Below are positions 26,887-38,435 of a stretch of 64,000 bases of DNA, in pieces; position 1 is the stretch's first letter, and each line of letters begins with the position of its first letter. The stretch covers positions 186,001-250,000 of the forward strand of contig CT867998.1 in the NCBI GenBank assembly GCA_000165425.1, in the 5' to 3' direction. The notes below the pieces were generated by a model, which was not told where the DNA came from, made no database searches, and saw only the letters and a list, made by a program, of their open reading frames with translations. Source of the DNA: Paramecium tetraurelia. Taxonomy: Eukaryota. The translations under genes were made by a program, and so were the position numbers.

Positions 26887-28675
26887 TCATATTTAAATAG
26901 TTATGCCTAACTTCTTTAAATCCTCTATTTTTTTCTTTACTCTAAATAAATTCATTAGATTTTGGCCTAAATAGATGGTTTTAATATGAATTTAGGTCTG
27001 TTTTTATATTAATTACTAAATTGTATCTAGAAATCTTTCTGTAATCACATTAGATTGTAGATGCAATATTTGGCAATGTAATTCCAATAATTTAGTTGCA
27101 CCAGTATCACTGATTTTATTTCGCACTAACTTCAGAATCTTTAACTTCTTATTTTTAATAGATTCTTCCAAAAGAATCATTCCATCATCTCCCAAATCTA
27201 GACGTTTAATAGATGACACACAGTACCTTATTAGGAGAGATCCAGAGTGTCTCCATTGCAATTTAGTAGAATGGATTCCACCTTGGTATTAAACTTCTTT
27301 TTGGTGGGTCTTTTTGGAGACATTGAAGATTGCCTTCTGAGTTTTGGAGATACCAAAATATCTGATGATTTCTTCTCATAATTAGGACTTATGGCATTTT
27401 ATGAAATGTTGTTAGATGAAGGTTATGATTGGAGAGCAGATTGAGATTGATATAAAGGTTGAGGATTTAATAAATTATGTGTCAAAAATTCATTATGAGG
27501 AGGTTTGTCATCAATGTCCTTTAAAAAGCTTTGATCAATCATTGATACATCTCTCAAGATATTTGGATCGTCAAAAAATGATTATTGAACTTGGGGGTAA
27601 TTGTATTCAAAATTCCCCATTAAATCTTTACTTAAATGCACTTAAGGAGTAATTTAACCTTGAGTGACTTCTTATAGTCTTGTTTGAAATTTCTTCATAA
27701 AATCTTCTAATTCTTCAATAATTTGTTTGGCTTGAGAATTTGAAGTGTCTTTTTAAAGGAGGAAAAAGGCAATTTCTCCTTTTTCAGTTAAAGAGGCGAA
27801 TTAATTGATTCGTTCTTGAGAGCTAAAAAAATACTAATGACTGAGAATTACGCTAACATCCACAAGTCTGCTTTTTCGACTACTTGATTGACATATTGTT
27901 GTTCTCGCTTGATTAATTGATCCTCAACTTATTTGTATTTATACTCAATCTCTTCTACTACTTTTCGCTATTTCATCATTAATTGAGTAATCATTTCCTA
28001 AAATTAATAGAAATATAAGTGTACTTTGAATTATTCTTCAGCCAGGGCTTGTTGTTACTTGATGCAAAGCCTTATTTAGTCGCGTATCTTTTTGTTGATA
28101 ATTGGTTATTTGAGGGATTTAATTTTGGATTGAATTTGCTACATGAGATCTACGGTTTCTTCAAGGGAATGCTGGATTTCTGAGACGACTTCCTATATTA
28201 TAAAATAGACTAGATTTCGATACATCGATATTTCTAACATTGTGATGTTTATGTACACCAAATAGGGCACAACTTACACAGATTGTATTGTGATCCTCCA
28301 GACAGACTAATTCGATTTTCTTGTTGTGTTCTTTGCAGAGAGAGGTAGATTCCATGACTTCGAAGAAATTCTCGCATTTTGAGAGTCTCACAGTTTCACC
28401 CAACTCGGTAGAATCGATTTGTGAGTTCTTGAGACTAGACTTGTTTATTATTTTCAAAATCGCTTGGTTGACTGGGTAGAGATTCAGATCTTGTGGCTAG
28501 ACAATTCTTAGAAATTAGAGCTACTGCTTTACCCGTCTTCAGGACAGATTATTTTGGTTTGTTCACGAAGACACTGCATGCACATGGAGTGGCCACATTT
28601 TGGTAGCATTTATGGTGTACGATCATAGATGTCAAACGAAATCTCACAACGAGGACAGTTTAATTCTTAGTGCAT
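26887..28675 (-). CDS. RING - B-box - coiled-coil - LRR protein
   Basis: CPRC..PQMLPKCGHSMCMQC..CPED; CKEHNKKIELVCLEDHNTICVSCALFGVHKHH; C-terminal LKILKLVRNKISDTGA..LHLQSNVITE. Confidence 0.88.
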
Positions 28676-28701
28676 TAATTAAATAATAAATAAGATTTAA
28701 A

Positions 28702-29391
28702 ATGGCCAATTCTCAAGAGAAGATGTAATAGGATTATATCTGGATCAGAGACTAATCTACCGGGGATGCTGATGTGAAGATGCGAACCTTCGGATAACAT
28801 TATCTCTATTATCACGCTCCAAATAAAAGAGAGCGATTGGAAATGATTTGGAGGTCCATGGGAAAGGCATACGATTGGGAAATGGAGAAATTCAGAGTAC
28901 TTCCCTCTTTTACATTTAGATGCAAAAAAAATTCATTGACAGAGGCAATAAAAGGAGATTCTTCAAAAACTTTTTCAGATTAATCAAGAACCCTATGGGT
29001 TACATCTATTGGAAGACCTACAAAATCAGACAACCCAAAGGCAGAATCATCACAACCATGCTTGGCCTCGGAGTAATTGGAACATTGTTCAAATACAAAA
29101 TGGAATCAAGTATCAATTCACTCTATCCCACTTAGACCAAATCCAAAAAAGAGAATATTATTTATTGACTGCAGGCAAGAACTCAGAAGGAAGTGGACTC
29201 ATCAACACTGGCTACAACAATGATAAGTTTATAATTTATTGCATACTTTTAGATTGGCTCGTCAAGGAATGCCCCTCACTCAGATGTTCTACTCTTATCT
29301 ATTGGCCAAAGATATCGTTGTCTCAAGATCACGAGATCAAAACTACAGAAAATACTTTGAAATGAGAAAAAAGTATTAAATCAAAGAATGA
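28702..29391 (+). CDS. Mitochondrial ATP synthase subunit f (ciliate type)
   Basis: PNKRERLEMIWRSMGKAYDWEMEKFR..DRGNKRRFFKNFFRLIKNPMGYIYWKTYK..AGKNSEGSG..QNYRKYFEMRKK matches my recollection of Tetrahymena subunit f; 3 introns. Confidence 0.75.
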
Positions 29392-29472
29392 GATCACAAT
29401 ATATACACATATATAAATATAGATAATAAAATGTATAATCAATATGTATGTCTCTTCTCTCTCTCACTATAC

Positions 29473-30705
29473 TCAATCTGTACTATCATTGTCATAATTC
29501 TTCCTGCATTCACAACTATTCCTCTCGGCTGAACTCAAATAACTTAAAGCATCAGCACTAGAGATTCTGTCTTCAGGATTCTGTTGAAGCATCCTCTCCA
29601 CTAAATATTTCAAAGTGGGATTCTCAATATTCTGTGTGTACTCTTAGCAAAATGTGTATTTTTCATTCAATCTTAAGACCTCGTCTAAATTGCCTCCTTA
29701 AAAAAACCTACAGTTATGGATCCTATTGTAATTTAAATCTTTTACATTTCCCACAATAGAATTCCCAATCCAAACATATCAATTTTGTCATTACATGTAT
29801 TTTGAGGCTTCAACATCTCTGGAGCCAAATATCCAGGTGTTCCACACACTCTGTTTTACCATACACCCAGATCACTCTTCTTCTCTGTCAACCCAAAATC
29901 TATCAGCTTCACAGTTTACAAATTGTCAGTTTCTCCAAATAAAACGTTTTCTTATTTTATGTCCCTATATACATACCCTTCCTTATGAATGTGATTTATA
30001 CAAACCAACACTTACTAAAATATTTCAGATACTTACTTTAAATATTATAAAGATTTCTTGTTCCTTCAAATTTCTCGATTTTAACAATTCCTTAAGTGAC
30101 CTCCCTTCTAAATATTCCATCACTATATAAAAATGTTTAGACTCCACATAATATTCCTTCATTTTAACTATCTTTGGATGTTTTAATCTCTACAACGCCT
30201 TCACTTCTCTCATAAAGTCCTACACTAATCTAACTACTACTTACTTCATATTTGTAGGCACTCCCCATCTTCAGAGATTTGCAAGCCACATACTCCTCAG
30301 TCAAACGATTCTAATATTTAAATACCTTTAACAAATAACTACTACAAATTACATGTCCATATGTTCCCCTACCACAAAATGATACCATTTAGTAGATTTT
30401 GTGAATGTTTCGATAGGAGATTTTTGCGTCCAGGAACTATTTGAATAATTCTAAATGGCTCCTCTCCATATCGAAATATTCCCACAAGCCGTTCACCAAT
30501 ATGCCAAACCCAGTCAACTTTTACTGACATTTTGACAACTTCCATTCAATTGTTGTGTCTTCAAGCAGTTTTATTTTGTGTTGAACCATCTTCTTGGACT
30601 AAAACATATTTATAAAACTTCTACATTTGATAATCTTATGCTATCTGATAGAAACTCAACTGAAAACGAGTCATGGAAGAGCAGGTTTTTCTTTATACAA
30701 ATCAT
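29473..30705 (-). CDS. Ser/Thr protein kinase (CAMK-like) with N-terminal extension
   Basis: GRGTYGHV, VHRDIKQENVLF, KLIDFGL, CGTPGYLAPEM, DMFGLGIILWEM, PEDRISSADAL. Confidence 0.9.
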
Positions 30706-31041
30706 AAATAATAGTTTTAGAAATAATTAATAGCTTAAGAATATTCACGTGAATCCTAAAATGTAATTTATTTATAAAATGAATAAACTATAACACAATG
30801 TCCATTACAATTTAAAAAATATATAAATTTGAATTTTCTCTTGATTTACTGCAAATCTATATACCTGACCACAAGCAACTATTAATCTGATAAATCAATT
30901 TCAATTTAATTTATTTGTTGTTCTTATAATTAAGAAAGAATATAATTAATTAAATTGAATTAAGAATGAATTAAACACGAAGTTGAAGACTTTTAATTAG
31001 GTAAAAATAGAAGGTCTATTATAATATGTATTTAATGCTAT

Positions 31042-31344
31042 TCATTTCTTCTCCAATTCCGCCACTTTAGCTTATAATTGGGCATTTTCTGTGCGTAATT
31101 GATTCTAGAATAATATGGAAAACTTTACTTCTGATTTAATCAATTCATCAATAGCCTTTGTGAGGTGACCTATTCTATAAGCAAATCTTCTGTTTTAATC
31201 TTACAATGTAGCTATTTCTCCTTGATTCTTGAAATTAATGAATGCTTTTACCTCAGAACCAGCCTTAACATTTTTTAATTACTCGTAGAATTCATTTCTT
31301 AAATCATACAGTTATTAGAGTAATTCTTATTATGTTGTTGCCAT
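31042..31344 (-). CDS. Small coiled-coil protein
   Basis: MATTQQELLQQLYDLRNEFYEQLKNVKAGSE..FAYRIGHLTKAIDEL..LRTENAQLQAKVAELEKK*; two probable in-frame 24-nt introns. Confidence 0.75.
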
Positions 31345-31944
31345 TATTATTATTATTTTTAATATTTATATTACTCATAAAAAAATAATTACAAATAACA
31401 AAATAGTTCATCTTGTAATTGTATATTTTCTATCCTTCCGAAATTGGTATCTCCCAAGAATCTCTAATACTTTTAGTCCTCCAATTAGATTGATGTTGAA
31501 GTTTTGAGCATTCCATTTTCTTGAAGAACATTAATGGGTTAAAATACATAAATTATTTTAGTTATAATGAGTTAAATTCATAAATTCTCCTATTTCGATT
31601 AGATCTATATATTTGAATGGAAGTTTTCTTTTTAAATCGCAAAATATTGAAATTAGCAAAAGTACCTTTATCATAGTTTATCTGTATCACCTTCTTAATA
31701 GGAGTTAATGAATATATATTGAGGATGAGAGAGCATTACAAACAAAGTGAATTAGCCTTAATCCAAGTCACTTGATTTGCTATATAATATAGATGATGTT
31801 AATAGATTGTGAACTTTTTAATTGGAATGAAGGAGTATTCTTATAGAGTGGAATTTTTCAATTAACTTAATGTGTAAAAGTAGTTGGATGTTAAGAATGA
31901 TTATTTGTTAAATTTTAATATTTATATATATATTTATATACGAG

Positions 31945-32374
31945 ATGGCTTATAACAGTGATTTTTAGGAGCAGGGACAGTATGATTAGGAGGAGTTTGC
32001 AATGAGGATGCCGGTGAAGAGTCACTTGCAGAGATTGGATGTAAATGGGTTTATTAATCGTTAAGTAATTGTTGCAGCAATAGATGGATGAGTTGGATTT
32101 GGCAAAGAAGGAGAAGGAGTAATTGCGTAATAATTTGATTGAGTTATCGCAAATAACATCAGATTCATTTGATGATTCGAATAAATATTTGAATGAGGAG
32201 TACCGGAGATTGATGCAGGAGTTTCACGAGTAGAATGCGTTGCAATTGGAATAGCATTAATTCTTAAAGCAATAAGTGGATCAGATCAATTAGGATAGAA
32301 TAAAATTGGAATAAAATACTATTGTACTAGAGAATAGAATTCAAGATTCAGAAAAAGAATTGGGATTTGTTTGA
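31945..32374 (+). CDS. Coiled-coil protein (134 aa)
   Basis: MAYNSDFQEQGQYDQEEFAMRMPVKSHLQRLD|QLLQQQ...QFLKQQVDQINQDRIKLEQNTIVLENRIQDSEKELGFV*; one 25-nt intron. Confidence 0.8.
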
Positions 32375-32384
32375 TTATAAATAA

Positions 32385-35300
32385 ATGAAAATTAAACTAG
32401 CAATTATCTTTAACTTATTAATCTTACTAAACGCATCTTCAATATCCATTGCAATATGCAAATGCGAGTAGTTGCTATCATAAACTGATTGTCAGCATTA
32501 AAACAACAATTGTCTGTGGATTTCGGACAAATGCGTCATCAATCCCAGTCAATCTGACTCGGGAGCCCAAATTATCACATATTGCACATCATACACGGAA
32601 TCAGAATGTGCTTCTATTGTTGGTTGTGCATGGATAAATAAAGCCTGCGAACAATTCTTGGGTTGTACTGCATATTTCTATTCAAAGTATATAGAATGTT
32701 AGTAGATTTCACGGCAGTGTTAAACTGATGGGTCTCATTGTATTGAGATAAGCGACTGTGCTGATTACAAGACCAAGTCAGCCTGTTCTCGGAACTAGAA
32801 GAATGTGTTATGTTATTGGAATGAGGAGAAATGTGAAGATTTTACAGAATGTAGCCAATTACCAAAAACACTATCATCTGACAGAGAGTGTAGAGATCAG
32901 TTGTAGAAATGCACAGTTGGAGACCAAAGTGGCTGTGTTGAAAGTGCAGAGAATTGTGAAGATCAAAAATCAGTATCTTAATGCAAATGGAATAAATTAA
33001 AAACACAATAATGTATTTGGTAGAGTGACAAGTGTGTCTCCCTTTCATGTTCAAATGCACCTGTTACATATACTACTCATTCATAATGTTATGAATTCAT
33101 GGCTGGTTGTACAACTTAGTAAAATGGAGGATGTACAAATATAACATAATGTTCAAATGCAAAGATTGAGGATGCATGTGTAATAAATAACTTAAATGGA
33201 CCATGTATTTGGTCGGATAATTCTTGTTATGATTAGGTTTGTAACAAAGCACCCACCACGTTCAAGACAAATGAATAATGCAAGACAATAGCCAATAATT
33301 CGGTATCTACTACATTGAATGGGTGTGTTGAACAACTCTCATGTTCAAGTGCTAATAATTTAGACTGGATGCATTGATATGGCTGAATGGTACCAAATGC
33401 TTTTGGAATGGTTCACAATGTGTGATAAAAGGATGTTCCAGCAATACATCTGCCACATCCTAAGCTGAATGTGAAGCATTTTCAAGTGAATGCATTTTCA
33501 ATGTATCAGCATCTATTGGATGTGTAGATAAATTCTGTGAGAACATCATTCAGTAAGATCAATGCACAGTTGATGCTTTTAATAATAACTGCATTTGGAA
33601 AAGCAATTGCTTTGTAAAATAATGTGTTTTTGCACCTAAAACATTTCAAACTCATTCAGAATGCGAGACGTACCTGATGGAATGTGGCTTAGATGATTCA
33701 GGATTTGGATGCATGAATAAGTTGTTAACATGTTCAGCTTATGTCAGTGAAAAGGGATGCAATAAAACTAAATCAGGGGGAAGTTGTGCATGGAATAATT
33801 AAAAATGTGTTGAGAGACAATGTAATATGGCTGGTAATTCATTTACTACAACAGGGGAATGTTAACTATACAAATCTGATTGCATAGTGAACAACAATCA
33901 AAATGGTTGCATGAATCTCACTCCTAATTGTGGTGATAGACATCTAAAAGAGAATTGTGAATTTGGAACATTGCCATTTTGTATTTGGAATATAACTAAT
34001 GAATGTGTTCAAAAATCCTGCGAAACTGCCAGTGTTGTTGGATCTCGGAATTATCTAACTTTTTTCACACAATCAAATTGTAATCAATATATGAATGATT
34101 GTGTGTTGAACAACTCTAGCAATGGGTGTATGACTAAACCTTCCACGTGCAATCAATTGGGTATTAACAATTGTTATGCCTCAATTCAGAATGATTGCAT
34201 TTGGACTGGAGGACAATGTCTAGAAAAGGTATGCACTAATCTGATTGGCAGTTCCCATTAGGAATGTTATAGCTAATACAATAAATGTACTGTAAATAGC
34301 AGTTTAAATGGGTGCATGAATCTACAGAAATGTTAATATTATCCAAATGTATAACAATGCTCAAATAAATTCTGCAGGTGTGCTATGTGTATGGACTGGG
34401 ATGTATTGTAGAGAATCCATTTGCACGGATTCCGCAGATTCCAATAATTTTGATAACTATGAGAAATGCCAATCACTAAACCCTGATTGCACAGTAGTGA
34501 GTAGAGTAGATCAGAGAGGGTGCATTAAGAAACTAAGTAATTGTATAGAGTACAAATATTAGTATCAATGTTATTCAACCCTCAATTAAGTTGACTGCAT
34601 TTGGACACATAATAAGTGTCAAGAACTTTAAAAGTTAGACTGTACTTTAATTCCATTGCAGATCTACAATGATGCTAATTGCAGTTCTATCTTGTTCAGA
34701 TGCAAATCGAATTATTTGGAATCACAATGCATAGACAAAACATGCACTGACTATTCGTACTCAACCAAAGCAGATTGCGAAAGGATATCAGGTTGTACTT
34801 TGAATAGGGATGCAAATGGGTGCAATGATAAAAAGGATTTCTGTTATGAATACACACCAGATTTATCTTATTGCAATTATTCTAAATAGGGAAAATGTGC
34901 CGTAAGGGGAATAGAGTGTGTATACATACATATTGATTGCAATACTCTTCCCACTCCTACAATAAATACTGATTGTTCTAATAAAAGAGACTTTTGTATC
35001 ATGATTGTATAAGGCTCCTCATATACTTGTAGTGCCGGTCAATGCTCTGGTTTTTCTGGTGCTACTTATTCATTTGATGTTTGTCAAGCATATGATTATT
35101 CTTGCACAGTAAATCGTACATCTACTGGATGTGCTCTTATGGCTAATAAATGTAGTTCTGCAACAAGTGACAATTGCGTCTACTCAAAGGATGATCATAA
35201 ATGTATCTGGACAGGTACCGTGTGTAAACCTGTAGCCAATACTTCAGAATAGAATTGCTATTTGCTGACTGACCCTTCCTCTAATCTAACCTTTGACTTA

Positions 35301-38300
35301 TGCCAACAATACTCCAATAATTATTGCAGTGTTAATAGAGCTGGGAATGCATGCATAAACATGCTAGAAAATTGCACTCTATATACAGCTTTGAGCGATT
35401 GCTATCAATCATCTCGGGGCAGGTGTATATAAAATAACTAAGAAAATTCAAAAGCTGCATGCATTGACATTCCAAATTCCATCTCGTGCTATTAAATATT
35501 GCTAGGTGAGAACTTTTACTACACTCATTAAGTCTGTCAAAAATTCAATAGCAATTGTACAAATTATACAAATCTAGGATGCATAGAGAAGACCTGTAAA
35601 AATATCATGATAAACCCAACAACCCATGAGGAGTGTGAATCATGGCTATCCATATGCACTATCAACAGCTCACGGGATGCTTGTGTTGAAAAGAATTCAA
35701 CCTGCTAATAATAGAGTGTTAGTGATTGTCTATGGACTCGAGAAGGGTAATGCATTGTACTGTATAATAAATGTATGAAAGTTGAATGTCATCTTTTATC
35801 CACTTAGTAGACTCATTACGAATGCTCTAATGAGTATAATAAATGTACTGTGGCCAATAAAGGTGGTTGCACTACAAAATCATAAAATTGCAGTAGTTAC
35901 TTAACAGAAATTCAATGCAAGTACAACCATGCTAATTAAAAGTGTTGGTGGAATCAAAGCACTCTCAAATGTGTAACTCTAATATGTGATTAGCTTACAT
36001 AAAACTATGCAATTCCTGATTGTCCAACTCTAAAGCCTTGCAATTAATATATTGCCATATCAGAATGTTTATTCGACAATTAGAATCAACCTTGTGTCTG
36101 GAATACTAACACTAATAGATGTCAATACAAACAATGCAATGCCGCTTCAATCTACTATGAAAATCATTAGCAATGTCAAAATTTTAATAGTAAATGCACA
36201 GTCTAAGTCAAATTAAATAATCTAGAATAATAGATTACACAAGGTTGTCGAGAGGTAAGCATCAACTGCAGTGACTATAAGTTTGAATAACAATGTTTTA
36301 TCACTAAAGACAATAAAAAATGTGCTTGGTTTGAATCTGCCTGTATTATATCAACCTGTGACACTGCTCCAAAAACTGCTGACTATTCTACCCATTAAGG
36401 TTGCCAAGAATACTTAAACACCTGTACAGTCTCACCAGATTTGCTTGGTTGTATAACGATTCCAAAGAAATGCTCAGATATCAGCCTTGAAATCTCATGC
36501 ATTAGAGATGGAAGTGGCAATGATTGTTTCTGGTATGATTCAACATGTCAAATCAAAACTTGTTCTGCTGCTCCACCTTAGTAAAACAGTGCTTTACTCT
36601 GTTCACTTTGGGTACCTAATTGTACAGCTGAAGACAAGAACAAATGCAAGAGACAATCTTGTGAAGAGTACGAATATAATACTGATTTCTGAATGCAAAG
36701 CAGCCATGTAAACTTGTACAACTGATGGTGTAAAATGTGTTCAAAGACGATCTTGTTCTGCTTCTTTAAGTGAAGCTGGATGTACCACATCAATCAATAA
36801 TGAATAATGTTTTTGGATTGGTACTAGTTGTACTTTGAAAGAGTGTTAAATAATCAATAAAGAGAAGGAATGTAATGTAAGTTACAATAAAATTAAATGC
36901 ATTTGGTAAAATGGTATTTGTAGAAACGTAGAAGATTGCTAAGATTATACTGGTAACAATCATACAGAGTGCTAGAAATAGAATGCTTCATGTACAATTG
37001 GAGATAACTAGAAGTGTATGAAATTAAAGAGTTGTGCTGAATTCGTTAGCTCAAAATCATGTGTTTAAGGGTTGGATGGTCCTTGTAGATGGGTTCCTAA
37101 GCTATCCAAGTGTTTCTAATTTACTTCTTGCAAATCAATACAATTTACAACTGATCAGGAATGTAAGTAGGTTTCCCCTCTATGCACAACTGATGGATAT
37201 ACTTGTATTGCTATCACATTGTGTGCAGAAACAAATACAGAGGGAGGTTGTGTAAGTGGCATTGATGGTAATTGTATCATGACTGTTCCCGCTTTGAATT
37301 CAACCCTAAATCCAATATGTAAGTTGTTTAATTCCTTGTACAGATGCATATTACCTTACTCATTAAGATTGTCAAAAAGCAAGCAAAAACTGCACAACTG
37401 ATGGATTGAATGGATGTATCAATCTTAGTGAATGTGAGTAATATGTCAATTAAGTCTCATGTAACATTAATTCCATAGGAGTGCAATTGTAAAATGATTA
37501 AATAATATCCACTGGAGCTTGTGTCTGGAATTAAAGTGGGAAATGTGCCAACTAAATTTGCACAGATTTATATGGCACATCTCATTAACAATGCACTCTG
37601 CACCTATCCACATGCACTTACGATGGAGTAACTTGTATCTCCAAATTAAATTGTTCTGAGTATAAGACATAGGACATTTGCTCTGCTGCTTATGGATTAG
37701 AAGGCCGATGCAATTGGAATGCCTTTTAAGGAATTTGTTAACCATTTACATGCAGTAGTATTACAAATGGAACTACCTTAGAATATTGTTAATCAACTTT
37801 GTCATCTTGTATTACTGACGGATTCAACTGTGTAAGTAAAGATGTGTGTTCATCATACACTACTAAAATTGCTTGTACTCTAGGTGGAACTGATGGCATC
37901 TGTGTATGGAATGGATTCTCCTGTTAGCTGATGTAATCCTGTAATTCAGCAGATATAGATCAAGATGCCTGCCTAATGGGCAAGGATCGTTGTGTATTTA
38001 AATACGCGATTGGTATTACTACTAGTTCATGTTCTGCTCATACTTGTGAATCTTATGAAAAGACGAATGGTAAATGCAGTTCTTTTTATAATTGGGATAA
38101 ATCCTTCAAAAAGAGCTGCCAATTAGTCGATGGAAAGTGTGTTGAGTTCGATTTAACCATTCTGGATTAATCCCGATGTTATACAGTTTCAGAATATACT
38201 TATACTTGGAATGCATCATAGAATAAGTGTCAATCATGTAATGACGTGGTTGACACAACTACAAATCAAACTTAAAATCAGAGCAATTAAACAACAAATA

Positions 38301-38383
38301 CGTCGACGGATCCAGAGAGCACTGTGAATGATTTGGCTAGAAATCTTGAATTGATTTTTATGTTCTTGATTATGGTTTATTGA
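32385..38383 (+). CDS. Paramecium surface-antigen-like Cys-rich GPI-anchored protein (~2000 aa), five +1 frame breaks as given
   Basis: Signal peptide MKIKLAIIFNLLILLNASS, periodic Cys with CxW and CTTDG/CTV..GC motifs throughout, T/N-rich stalk and hydrophobic end LELIFMFLIMVY*. Confidence 0.88.
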
Positions 38384-38435
38384 TGACATTCAATTAATAA
38401 TGATTTGAATACATATTAAATATTAATAATATTAT

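Noticed and set aside
31345..31944. Possible small gene(s) on either strand
   Set aside because: Several ~85-codon frames are possible (e.g. plus 31617-31900) but none has convincing motifs; unresolved
32385..38383. Periodic sequence as a CRISPR array or DNA tandem repeat
   Set aside because: The periodicity is at protein level (Cys spacing); there are no identical nucleotide repeats with spacers
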